Source: Planctomycetota bacterium (GTDB lineage Bacteria; Planctomycetota; UBA11346). Taken from it: a stretch of 64,000 nt of DNA. The notes beneath the pieces are model-generated. The model was given only the letters and a program-made list of their open reading frames with translations, was not told the origin of the DNA and did not search any database. Below are positions 18,195-27,432 of this stretch, in pieces. The position numbers and the translations under genes were made by a program. The stretch's first letter is position 1, and every line of letters begins with the position of its first letter. The DNA lies in assembly GCA_038213805.1 (NCBI GenBank), contig JBBQSO010000021.1:1-64000 (forward strand), in the 5' to 3' direction.

Positions 18195-18285
18195 GCCAGC
18201 AGCCGACGGCTGTCGGTCACCGCCGTTGCGATGTTCGTGTCCGCAGGATATGCGATCGCGAACGGAACTGGCGCTGCGCGCCCGG

Positions 18286-18316
18286 GCCATCAGCTATCAG
18301 CCAACAGCCATCAGCC
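18286..18316. repeat. Degenerate (GCCATCA)x4 array
   Basis: Inverted partner of 18125..18194. Confidence 0.85.
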
Positions 18317-18363
18317 CGCAACGCAGGAACCCGCGCCAATCGGCGCGGGTTCCTGCGTTGCGG
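18316..18363. terminator. Perfect 22-bp stem hairpin between convergent genes
   Basis: CCGCAACGCAGGAACCCGCGCC-AATC-GGCGCGGGTTCCTGCGTTGCGG; no U-tract. Confidence 0.7.
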
Positions 18364-18382
18364 TCACGAGCGCGGCGCGCGC

Positions 18383-19894
18383 TTACTTGGCGTCGGCGGC
18401 CGGCTTCTCGGCAGGCTTGGCATCGGCAGCGGGCTTCTCCGCGGCGTCGGCCTTCTTGCCGCCGGTGTCGGCCGGCTTCTCGGCCTTGAGCAGGTCGCGG
18501 GTCATGATCTTGCCGCCGGTGAGCGGGTCGCCCGGCTTGTCGCCGAAGACCCGGTAGGCGATGACGTGGCCGGTCTCGTCGGCGGTGTAGATCGCCGAGT
18601 TGGTGTCGGTCGCGTCCTGGTACTCGGCGATGAAGCGGCAGGTGCGGTGCTCGACGCGGCCGTTCTCGTTGAGGTAGTTGTGGTGCTCCTCGTTGGCATC
18701 CCAGCTCCAGGCGAGCTGACCGCTGGTGCGGTCGATGGCCTGGATCATCGTGCTGTCGGGCGCGGTCACGAACAGGTACTGCGGATTCGAGCCGACCAGG
18801 CGGGTGACGCCGATCACGCTCCACTCCTCAGCCAGGCGCACCACCTCAAGGGGATGCTTGGCGGTGTCAGCGAAGGGCACGTTGTCGCCCTGCGCCTTGA
18901 TCGCATACAGGCCGCCCTTGGCGGAATGATCAAGGTCGAGCCAGGCGTAGACGCGCGACGGTTCGCCGCGGAAGGCGAAGGGCTGGCGCTTGATCGGGCC
19001 GTTGAGGAACAACGAGCCGAGCTTCTGCCCGGACAGGCGGTTGATCACCAGCAGCTGGTTGTCATCGCTGCCCACGTAGAGCAGGCGGCCGCGCGGCAGG
19101 GGCGAGCCAAAGATCGCGGCGCCGGTGGGCAGCGACCAGACCTCTTCGCGATCGTACTTGAAGCAGTGCACCACGCCGCCGTGGTCGGCGGCGTAGACCA
19201 GGCCGTCGGACTCGACCGGGGGCGCGGTCATCGAGGTGCGCAGGTTCATCTGCCAGAGCACGTAGGGGAAGCGCTTCTCGCCGTGGTACGACACCACCTC
19301 CATGCGGCCGTCCCAGTCGCCGAGGAAGATGCGCTGGTTGCTGTCGGGACCGAGGGCGAGCACGCCGCTGGACGGCGAGAAGGGCAGGTCCCAGCGCCAC
19401 ACCACCTGACCGTAGACGGCGTCGATGCTGTAGAGCGTGTCGTCGGAGATCACCCACAGGCGGTCGTCGTTGGCGACCTCGTCACCCTTGGTGTTGCGCG
19501 CCTTGACGCGGCTGGCGTAGGGCGTGAGCACCGCGGGCTTGGGCAGCGCGATGCTCACCCACTTGGTGTTGCCGCTGGCGGCCTCGACGGCGTAGATCTC
19601 GTTGGTCTCTTCCATCTGGAAGAAGATCAGCTCGGGGATGTTGGGATTGACCCAGCTGTTGGCGATGCGGTGCGGGAACTGCAGGTCCCAGGCGCGATCG
19701 AAAGGCGTGTCCTTGAGGACGCGCGCCTTGCCCATGCCGAGGCGCTCGGCCTCGGTCTCGTGGGGCGCGCTGCTGACGGTGCCGTACCCGCCCTTGCCAC
19801 CGCCGCTGCTGCCGGAATCCGCAGCGCGGTCGCCGCCGCAGCCGCCAAGGGCCGCCAGGCCGAGGCCGAAGAACACAGTGGCGAGGGTCTTCAT
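18383..19894 (-). CDS. PQQ-like beta-propeller lipoprotein (BamB-like)
   Basis: MKTLATVFFGLGLAALGG-C lipobox; repeated YAVEAASGNTKW, YSIDAVYGQVVW, AIDRTSGQLAW blades. Confidence 0.85.
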   Translation of the reverse strand: MKTLATVFFGLGLAALGGCGGDRAADSGSSGGGKGGYGTVSSAPHETEAERLGMGKARVLKDTPFDRAWDLQFPHRIANSWVNPNIPELIFFQMEETNEIYAVEAASGNTKWVSIALPKPAVLTPYASRVKARNTKGDEVANDDRLWVISDDTLYSIDAVYGQVVWRWDLPFSPSSGVLALGPDSNQRIFLGDWDGRMEVVSYHGEKRFPYVLWQMNLRTSMTAPPVESDGLVYAADHGGVVHCFKYDREEVWSLPTGAAIFGSPLPRGRLLYVGSDDNQLLVINRLSGQKLGSLFLNGPIKRQPFAFRGEPSRVYAWLDLDHSAKGGLYAIKAQGDNVPFADTAKHPLEVVRLAEEWSVIGVTRLVGSNPQYLFVTAPDSTMIQAIDRTSGQLAWSWDANEEHHNYLNENGRVEHRTCRFIAEYQDATDTNSAIYTADETGHVIAYRVFGDKPGDPLTGGKIMTRDLLKAEKPADTGGKKADAAEKPAADAKPAEKPAADAK

Positions 19895-19956
19895 GGTTTT
19901 CCCCGATGCGGAAGGCGAAAAATGCGAGACATGCAGAGAATGCGATGGCGTCATGG

Positions 19957-20238
19957 TCACAGGCCCTGGCTGGCGGCGATGGGCAGACACTCGCCGCGCG
20001 CGGTTTCGTAGGCGTGCAGGCGGCCGAGCCAGCCGAGCGCGTCGGGGCAGTCGACTTTGAGACGGAACAGGTATGGGCGGCCGGCCTGGCGGCGGCGCAG
20101 GTCCTCGGCGCAGTCGTCCCAGCTACCCGCATAGAGCGTGTGCACCGTCTCGACAAGCTGGCGGACGGCCGCATCAAGCTGGCCGAAAACCATCTCGGGA
20201 GGCAGGGCCGGATCGAGCTGCATGGGCGCGGCCGTCAT
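19957..20238 (-). CDS. Small helical hypothetical protein (93 aa)
   Basis: ATG overlaps the upstream stop (ATGA); LYAGSWDDCAEDLRRRQAGRPYLFRL. Confidence 0.72.
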   Translation of the reverse strand: MTAAPMQLDPALPPEMVFGQLDAAVRQLVETVHTLYAGSWDDCAEDLRRRQAGRPYLFRLKVDCPDALGWLGRLHAYETARGECLPIAASQGL

Positions 20239-21437
20239 TTGCCCTGGACGGACTTCTCGAGGTCGGGGAGCTTGTCGGCCTTGTCCGGATAGCCGGTGCG
20301 GACGTCGCCGTAGTATTTCCAGAGGTCGGTCTCGACGTCCTTCTGGCGGGCATTCATGTCGTCGACGATGTTGTCGAGGTAGTACTTGGCGTATGCGACG
20401 TTCGCCCGCTCCTTGATGCGCTGGAAGCTGTCCACCCATTCCCAGCCGCTCTTGACCAGGGTGAAGCGGTCGAGGTTGCGGAAGTACTCGTCGCCGGGCC
20501 GGGTGTAGTGCAGCACGTAGTTGCGGCGCAGCACGTGGGTCGCCAGGTAGTTGTCGGGCTTGCCCTTCTCGGTCGGCGGCATGCGCAGGCGGAACTTGTT
20601 GGACAGGCCGCGCACCTCGACGGTGAACTGGTTGCCGTAGAGGCTCAGGCGGTTGAACAGCACCACGCCATAGACCTCGCCCGCGGCGACACCTTCCTCG
20701 TCCTTGGTCTGCGCGTCGTAGGGCGGCAGGTCGAGGGCGCGGATCTCGTCGACGGTGTGCAGGCGGCGGTCCTCCTTCTCTTCGACGGCCTCGCGCACGC
20801 GCTTGAGCACGGTGTCGCGGTTGGGCTCGCCCAGGTCGGGGAAGTTGTAGGTCTCTTGCGTGCCGCTGCCGATCGGGTCGTCGAGCAGGCGCAGGCGCGT
20901 GCCGTGCTCGTCGGTGACCTGGACCTTGATACTGACCTTGCGCGTGCGCGGCTTGAGGTCGCCGCGCTCGAGGATGACGCCATCCTTGGGATCGCCGGTG
21001 GTCTCGACGGTCAACTTGCCGCCGCCCTCGGGGGAGGTCTTGGCCGACTCGTACTGCTTGGTGATGGCGTCCAGGACCTCGGCGTAGCGGGTCGGCTTGG
21101 CACCCTTGGCCACGGTCGCGTCGGCGATCTGGTTGCGCAGACGGAAGGTCAGGTAGTTGAAGACGTGCTCGCGGCCGATGCGGTCCTTGAGGATGACCTC
21201 ATCCAGCTCGAGGGGCTCGAAACCGAGCTCATAGAGATCCATATCCCGAGAGCTGACCAGCTTTTCCAGCTCGGCCTTCTGCTCGAGGGATTCCTGGTTC
21301 CAGCCCACGAACTCGCCGGCGCCGGGGGCCGGGGCGTCTTCAGCGCGCAGACCCGGGGCGGCCACCACCAGGGCCATCGCAGCAGCGATGGCAAGCATGG
21401 TCGGGCGCAGCCCGGTCGGGGTCCAGCTTGGACGCAT
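20235..21437 (-). CDS. Secreted hypothetical protein (about 400 aa)
   Basis: Signal peptide (LAIAAAMALVVAAPGLRA); strong codon bias; start may be 21437 or 21398. Confidence 0.82.
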   Translation of the reverse strand: MRPSWTPTGLRPTMLAIAAAMALVVAAPGLRAEDAPAPGAGEFVGWNQESLEQKAELEKLVSSRDMDLYELGFEPLELDEVILKDRIGREHVFNYLTFRLRNQIADATVAKGAKPTRYAEVLDAITKQYESAKTSPEGGGKLTVETTGDPKDGVILERGDLKPRTRKVSIKVQVTDEHGTRLRLLDDPIGSGTQETYNFPDLGEPNRDTVLKRVREAVEEKEDRRLHTVDEIRALDLPPYDAQTKDEEGVAAGEVYGVVLFNRLSLYGNQFTVEVRGLSNKFRLRMPPTEKGKPDNYLATHVLRRNYVLHYTRPGDEYFRNLDRFTLVKSGWEWVDSFQRIKERANVAYAKYYLDNIVDDMNARQKDVETDLWKYYGDVRTGYPDKADKLPDLEKSVQGK

Positions 21438-21585
21438 AGCGATTCCTCTCGATGGGCGATGCGCCAAGACGACGCAGGGCTGTGACGGCTGGCGACCTTA
21501 GACCGCCACTGGTGGGGCACAAGGCGGCCGGGAGAAGGCACCCGCGCGGGTGCGTCAGACGCTCTCCCGGGGCCCGGACCGGGTG

Positions 21586-22128
21586 TCAGTAGTCCGAAGT
21601 GGAACCGCGCTTGGCGGGAACGGCCGCGACCGGCACCACGCGGCGCTTCTCGATGCCCACCGGGGCCACGGTCTCGGCCGAGACGGTGTCGTGGAAGCTG
21701 ATGTCGAACTGCAGGTAGAGGATGTCGGCACCCCCTTCGGCCTTGTGCTGGGCGCCGACCGCCCCACCCAGGGTGTAATCGACCGCCGTGCCGGGCTCGG
21801 CGAGCTGGACGGTGTGGGCGCCCGACAGGGCCTGGGCGAGTCCGGCCTTGAGCACGGCGACGTCGACCTCGCCACCGGAACGATCGTCGATGACGCCGAT
21901 GGCGACGCGCGGAGCCTTGCCGGTGCGCCCAGCGAAGCCGCCCACCCACGGGCGCTTGAGGGCCTCGTCGACCAACTCCTGGGCGACCGCGTGGTCGTCG
22001 GCTGCGGTCCACACCTTGGGCGGGGGTGCCGGGGCTTCGGCCTCGCCATGGCGGGTCTGGCAGCCGGCCAAGGCGAAACTGACGAGCAGGGGGAGACACA
22101 CGCGGTGGAGCTGGGACTGCTGGGGCAT
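21586..22128 (-). CDS. LpoB-like lipoprotein (penicillin-binding protein activator family)
   Basis: LAG-C lipobox; WTAADDHAVAQELVDEALKRPW, PRVAIGVIDDRS pattern. Confidence 0.65.
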   Translation of the reverse strand: MPQQSQLHRVCLPLLVSFALAGCQTRHGEAEAPAPPPKVWTAADDHAVAQELVDEALKRPWVGGFAGRTGKAPRVAIGVIDDRSGGEVDVAVLKAGLAQALSGAHTVQLAEPGTAVDYTLGGAVGAQHKAEGGADILYLQFDISFHDTVSAETVAPVGIEKRRVVPVAAVPAKRGSTSDY

Positions 22129-22399
22129 GATGAAAGACCTCGCGGCGGTGCCGCAATCGGGAGTTGGGCGAGCTTGAGCGCCTGCATGCGGGGCGCAACT
22201 GGTCGCCAGCGGGTAGCGCAGGTCGGTACACGGGGGTTTCCGTCAGAGCCATCATGGGGACGTCCACCAGCCGCAGCTGCCGCGGGTCTGGCTCGGTGGC
22301 GACGCGCCTGGAAATGTGCACGTAGTCGAACGTATCATGGGTCTCCCCCTGGCCGGTCCCGCACTTGCGGGTACGACGGTGACCCCAGGGGATTTCCGC

Positions 22400-23920
22400 A
22401 TGCAGCCAGCGCCCGCTCTCCCCGCCACGCTCGGTGCCCTGCGCGCCGCGACCACGGCGCAGCCGCGCCTCGCGCCGCGACCGCTCAAAGCCGAGCTGCG
22501 CGACAATCTGGTCGCGGCGCTGGCCGCAGGACACAGCGGCGAGGCACTGTTTCCCGGCCTGATCGGCTATGGCGACACCGTCATCCCGCAGGTGGTCAAC
22601 GCCGTGCTGGCCGGCCACGACCTGCTGCTGCTCGGCCTGCGCGGCCAGGCCAAGACGCGCATGGCGCGCGCGCTGGTGCGCTTCCTCGATGCGCAGGTGC
22701 CGGCGCTGGCCGGCGATCCGCTGCGCTCCCACCCGCTCGCCCCGGTCGGGGCGGTGGCGGAGGAGATCGTCGCCCGCGACGGCGACGCGGCGCGCGTCAT
22801 CTGGCTCGGCCACGGCGACCGCTATGGCGAGAAGCTTGCGACACCCGACGTGTCGGTCGCTGACCTCATCGGCGACGTCGATCCGATCCGCGCCAGCCGC
22901 GAGGGCTATGACCTGGGCGATCTGCGCGCGGTGACGTTCGGCATCATCCCGCGTACCAACCGCGGCATCTTCTGCGTCAACGAGCTGCCGGATCTGGCGC
23001 CGCGCATCCAGGTCGCGCTGTTCAACATCCTTGAGGAGCAGGACGTGCAGGTGCGCGGCATCCCCCTGCGCCTGCCCCTTGACCTGATGCTGGTGTTCAC
23101 CGCCAATCCCGAGGACTACACCAGCCGCGGGCAGATCATCACGCCGCTCAAGGACCGCATCGGCGCGCAGGTGCTGACCCACTATCCGAAGAGCCGCGAC
23201 GAGGGCGTGCGCATCATGGCCCAAGAGGCGCACACCGCGCCGGCGGGCGGCTGCAGCCCGCGTATTCCGGCGCTGTTCCCGCTGCTCATCGAGGAGGCGG
23301 CACGCGCCGCGCGCGGCAGCGAGTTCGTCGACGCCAAGAGCGGGGTCAGCACGCGCCTGACCATCGCCGCGCTGGAGATGCTGCACGCCAACGTGCTGGC
23401 GCGCGGGCTGATGCTCGGCGAGGACCGGCCGCAGGCGCGCCTGGTGGACCTGCCCGCGACGCTGGCGGCGATGACCGGCAAGATCGAACTCGCCTACGAG
23501 GGCGAGCAGGAGGGCCCGCTCAAGGTCGGCTGGCACGTACTCAGCGAGGCGCTCAAGACGCTATGGAAGGAGCGCCTGCCGCCGGTCATCGCCGAAGGCG
23601 GCGCCGACGAGCGCGACCAGGGCCCGTGGCGAGAGATCCTCGCCTGGTTCGCCAAGGGCAACAAGGTGCAGCTCTCCGACCGCACGTCGACCGCCCAGCA
23701 CGAGGCCGCGCTGGCCGCCGTGCCGGGCCTGGGCAAGCTCGCCGACCAGCTGCTGAAGCCGCCTGCGGAAGAGCGCACCCTGTGGATGGAATTCATCGTC
23801 GAGGGCCTGTTCCACGGCGGCGCGCTGGCGCGCGAGGACAGTGCGCGCGGGCTGGCCTACACCGATCTGCTCGCGCACATGATGGGGCGCGAGGGCGGAA
23901 AGAAGCGCCGGCGGGAGTAG
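22400..23920 (+). CDS. Magnesium-chelatase-like AAA+ ATPase (Rv0958-like)
   Basis: GLRGQAKT Walker A variant, EKLATPD, CVNELPDL Walker B variant, TANPEDYTSRG, PLKDRI. Confidence 0.88.
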   Translation: MQPAPALPATLGALRAATTAQPRLAPRPLKAELRDNLVAALAAGHSGEALFPGLIGYGDTVIPQVVNAVLAGHDLLLLGLRGQAKTRMARALVRFLDAQVPALAGDPLRSHPLAPVGAVAEEIVARDGDAARVIWLGHGDRYGEKLATPDVSVADLIGDVDPIRASREGYDLGDLRAVTFGIIPRTNRGIFCVNELPDLAPRIQVALFNILEEQDVQVRGIPLRLPLDLMLVFTANPEDYTSRGQIITPLKDRIGAQVLTHYPKSRDEGVRIMAQEAHTAPAGGCSPRIPALFPLLIEEAARAARGSEFVDAKSGVSTRLTIAALEMLHANVLARGLMLGEDRPQARLVDLPATLAAMTGKIELAYEGEQEGPLKVGWHVLSEALKTLWKERLPPVIAEGGADERDQGPWREILAWFAKGNKVQLSDRTSTAQHEAALAAVPGLGKLADQLLKPPAEERTLWMEFIVEGLFHGGALAREDSARGLAYTDLLAHMMGREGGKKRRRE

Positions 23921-24061
23921 CGATCGCAGACTGCGGCCTGCGCTTGACCGCGCCGGCGGCCGGTCGCCCGCCGCCACTGCCGCGCTCCAGCGCGCCGTGG
24001 GCTGCGGAACGCCTGCCGCGCAGCGATGGCGGGGCGGCGGGCGGTGGCTAGCCTCCACCAC

Positions 24062-25150
24062 ATGCGCTACGACTACCAGCACTTCGACTGGCGCGAACTG
24101 GCCAACCGGTTGGCGCGCGAGAAGCGCATCGACGAGGTCTTCCGCGAGCTGATGCTGGCCTTGGGCGGCGACGTCGAGGAAGCGCTGGAGCGGCTCGACG
24201 AGCTCAGCCGGCGCTTCCGCCAGGATCTCGGTTTCGACCGCCAGGACTTCGAGCAGCGCCTGCGCGACCAGAAGCTGATCAGCGGCAAGGCCGGCAGCCG
24301 CGCAATGACGCCCAAGGGCGAGCGCGCGCTGCGCTCGGGCTGCCTCGAGGCGGTCTTCGGCAAGCTCAAGGCGACCGGGCGCGGCGACCACGCGGTGCCC
24401 AAGCTCGGCAGCCGCGGCGACGCCAACGGCGTGCTGCGCCCGTGGCAGCCCGGCGACGAATCGTACGACATCAGCTATCGCGAGAGCATGCTTGGCGCTC
24501 TGCGCGGCGGGCGCGCCCAGCTTGAGGACGGCGACCTGGTGGTGCAGGAGCGCGACCGCACCACCGCGGCGGCCACGGTCATGCTCCTCGACGTCAGCCA
24601 CTCGATGACGCTCTATGGCGAGGACCGCATCACCCCGGCCAAGCGCGTGGCGATGGCCTTCGCCGAACTGCAGCAGCGCCGTTACCCGCGCGACAGCCTC
24701 AACATCCTGCTCTTCGGCGACGACGTGCAGGAGGTCACGGTCAAGGAACTGCCCTACATCAGCAACGGGCCGTTCCACACCAACACCTGCGAGGCGCTGC
24801 GCCGCGCCGGCGAGATCCTGAGCAAGAAGCACCAGCCCAACAAGCGCGTGGTGATGATCACCGACGGCAAGCCGACCGCGCTGTTCACCGGGCCTGGCCG
24901 CGACGGCAAGCGCCGCCTGACCATCAACTCGAGCTACGGGCTCGATCCCGAGATCGTCACCGCGACTTTGCGCCAGGGTGCGCGCTTTCCGCGCCTCAAG
25001 ATCGACCTGTCGGTGTTCATGGTCGCCAGCGATCCGTATCTGGAGCGCTTCGTCGCGCGCCTCGTCGAAGTCAGCCACGGCCGCGCCTTCCGCGCCACGT
25101 TGGGCGACCTGGGCGACCAGGTGCTGACGCGGATCTTCGGCAAGCGCTAG
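24062..25150 (+). CDS. VWA domain protein, partner of the AAA+ ATPase (Rv0959-like)
   Basis: MIDAS DVSHS, TNT, ITDGKP. Confidence 0.88.
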   Translation: MRYDYQHFDWRELANRLAREKRIDEVFRELMLALGGDVEEALERLDELSRRFRQDLGFDRQDFEQRLRDQKLISGKAGSRAMTPKGERALRSGCLEAVFGKLKATGRGDHAVPKLGSRGDANGVLRPWQPGDESYDISYRESMLGALRGGRAQLEDGDLVVQERDRTTAAATVMLLDVSHSMTLYGEDRITPAKRVAMAFAELQQRRYPRDSLNILLFGDDVQEVTVKELPYISNGPFHTNTCEALRRAGEILSKKHQPNKRVVMITDGKPTALFTGPGRDGKRRLTINSSYGLDPEIVTATLRQGARFPRLKIDLSVFMVASDPYLERFVARLVEVSHGRAFRATLGDLGDQVLTRIFGKR

Positions 25151-25159
25151 GCAACGCGC

Positions 25160-27319
25160 TCAGGGTGCCTTGGGCTGCACCGCTGGCTTGTCCGCGGGTC
25201 CGCCAGGAGCGACCGGAATGAGCGCGGCGGGATCCACGGGCGTGACGACCGCCGCGGCCGCAGCGGCGATGGCCGCGGCGGTCTTGGCTTCCAGGTCCTT
25301 CAGCTCCTGCTCGAGCTTGGCGGTCCGCTCCTTGAGCTCGCGCTCCAGGCGCGCGGTCTCGGCCGCCTGGGTATCGAGCTGGCGCTGGAGATCGGTGGCC
25401 TTGGCCTCGGCCGCAAGACGCGCGCTCTCGGCGGTCTCGTGCTCCTTGCGTGCCTGGTCGGTCGCGCGGTGCGCGGCCTGCAACTCGGCATTGGTCCTGC
25501 CCAGGCTGTCGTTGAGGTTGGCCGCGAACAGGCCGAGTCCGACCAGCGCCCCGATGCCCACCACCAGGATGAGCAGCGGTACCACCAGCGACCGGCGCGG
25601 CGGTGGCGCCACCGCGCCGCGTGCGAGCGGCACGGCGACGACCTGGCGCTGAACCGGTTTGCCGAGCGGAGTCGAGGCGGTGGTCGCCGCAGGGACCTCA
25701 TCCGCCACGACGTCTGTCGCGGGTGGCGCAGAGCGGACCGGCCCCGGCACGGGCGTCGTGACCTTCACCACGGGCAGGCGGTCGCTGCCGCGGCGCACCA
25801 CCTTGCCGACCTTCATCGGCAGCGCCGGGGTGTCGTCGCCGAGGTGGAAGCCGCCATCCTCCATGGGGGCCGTGACGGGCGCTGCGGCTGGTGGCGATTC
25901 AGGCACGGCTGCGGGTGCGGGCGTCGTGGTGCGCGCCGCGGTCCTGCCGGTCAATGCCGCCGACACCGGCGACGATTCCGCCGCGGCGACGGACACCGCA
26001 TGGATTTCAACCGTTTCGCTCGCGGGATTGCGCACAGCGTCAGGCATGCCGCCGGTGATGTCGATCGGACCGCTGTCGGCCATGGCCGCATCCGCAGTCT
26101 CAGCAGGTGCCGCCGGTTGGACGACGTTGAGCACGCGGGTGTTGCCGGTCGGGCGGCCGCCCTGACCGCTGCGCAGCACCATCTGAACGACGTTGCAGCC
26201 CGGGCAGTGGATGGTCTGTCCCGCGTACAGCGAGGGGATGCGCGCCTTGAAGCCGCAGGCGGTGCAGGTGAAACGCACCTTCTCGCCCGCGCCGGCGCTG
26301 GCGACCATGGCGGTGGCGCTTGCGCTGCCGGTGCCGGGTTCAACCGCGATTTCCGCGGCTGAACCATCGAGGCGCGTGCTGCTCACCACCTGGGTGGCCT
26401 GGCAGCCCGGGCAACGGATGGGCTTGCCCGCCAGGCTGGCGCCGAGCTTGGTGCGGAAGCCGCAGGAGGTGCAGGAGAACTCGACCTGCGGGCCCTCGTC
26501 GGCCGGCGCCTGGGCGACGTCGACCGGCTCGGCGGTGCGCATGCGGCTGATCACCACGGTGTCGCCGGTCGGCGCATGTGGCTCCTGGCGCAGGGCGATG
26601 CCGACGTGGTCGCAGGCCGGACAGGTCACCGCCAGGCCGATGTACTGGGCAGGGATGCGCGCGCGGTAGCTGCACGCCGTGCACACGAACAGCTCCTTGC
26701 CGGCGTGGCTGGCCGCATCGGCCTCGGGCGTCGGTTCCGGCGCCGGGGTCGGGGTGGGCGCGGCTGAGATGCCGGTGCCCTCGCTGACCGCGTGATCGAT
26801 GGCCACCACCTGGGGCTCGTGGCAGCCTGGGCACTTGATCGCCTTGCCCAGGTAGTGGCGGGCGAGTTGGGCCTCGAAGCCGCACGCGGCGCAGGAGAAG
26901 AGCAGGTTGCCGGGGCGCACGGTGGTGCGCGCGTTGGCCGCCGCGGTGGGCATCTTGGTGATGCTGACGGTGCGGCCGGTGCGCGGCGACGGGGTGCCTT
27001 CGCTGGTCGCGATCTGGGCGCCGTCGCAGCGCGGGCAGCGCACCGCCTTGCCCATGAAGTGGCCGGGAATGCGCGCGCGGTAGCCACAGGCCGAGCATAC
27101 GAAGAGCTTCTTGCCGTCGTCGGCCGCTGCGCCCACCGGGGTCGCGACCGGCAACGCGGGGGACGGTGCGGCTGACGCCACCGGCAGGGCGACCGTCGGC
27201 ACCAACTGGTCCGTGTTGCAGCCCGGGCAGGACATGGTCCGCCCGGCGAGGTGGGCGGGGATGCGGAACTGGATCCCGCACGACGAGCAGGTGAACGGCA
27301 TGGTCTCGGCGACGGGCAT
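25160..27319 (-). CDS. Membrane protein with six zinc-ribbon repeats, one TM helix and a C-terminal coiled coil
   Basis: Six FxCxxC(G/S)...G...CPxC units; LVVPLLILVVGIGALVGLGLFA TM; heptad-rich tail. Confidence 0.88.
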   Translation of the reverse strand: MPVAETMPFTCSSCGIQFRIPAHLAGRTMSCPGCNTDQLVPTVALPVASAAPSPALPVATPVGAAADDGKKLFVCSACGYRARIPGHFMGKAVRCPRCDGAQIATSEGTPSPRTGRTVSITKMPTAAANARTTVRPGNLLFSCAACGFEAQLARHYLGKAIKCPGCHEPQVVAIDHAVSEGTGISAAPTPTPAPEPTPEADAASHAGKELFVCTACSYRARIPAQYIGLAVTCPACDHVGIALRQEPHAPTGDTVVISRMRTAEPVDVAQAPADEGPQVEFSCTSCGFRTKLGASLAGKPIRCPGCQATQVVSSTRLDGSAAEIAVEPGTGSASATAMVASAGAGEKVRFTCTACGFKARIPSLYAGQTIHCPGCNVVQMVLRSGQGGRPTGNTRVLNVVQPAAPAETADAAMADSGPIDITGGMPDAVRNPASETVEIHAVSVAAAESSPVSAALTGRTAARTTTPAPAAVPESPPAAAPVTAPMEDGGFHLGDDTPALPMKVGKVVRRGSDRLPVVKVTTPVPGPVRSAPPATDVVADEVPAATTASTPLGKPVQRQVVAVPLARGAVAPPPRRSLVVPLLILVVGIGALVGLGLFAANLNDSLGRTNAELQAAHRATDQARKEHETAESARLAAEAKATDLQRQLDTQAAETARLERELKERTAKLEQELKDLEAKTAAAIAAAAAAVVTPVDPAALIPVAPGGPADKPAVQPKAP

Positions 27320-27432
27320 GGCACCAGCCTAATGGCCGTGGCGATTTGTCAGCGGCCAGTCGTGCGTCATGGCGCAGCGGGATGCATGACACCGGCGGAC
27401 CGCGCGTTGGACCCTTCTGCCAGGTTTGCGGG

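Noticed and set aside
22208..22270. tRNA-like stretch (TAGCGCAGGTCGGTA ... CCACCA)
   Set aside because: No D-stem pairing, anticodon arm or GTTCRA T-loop.
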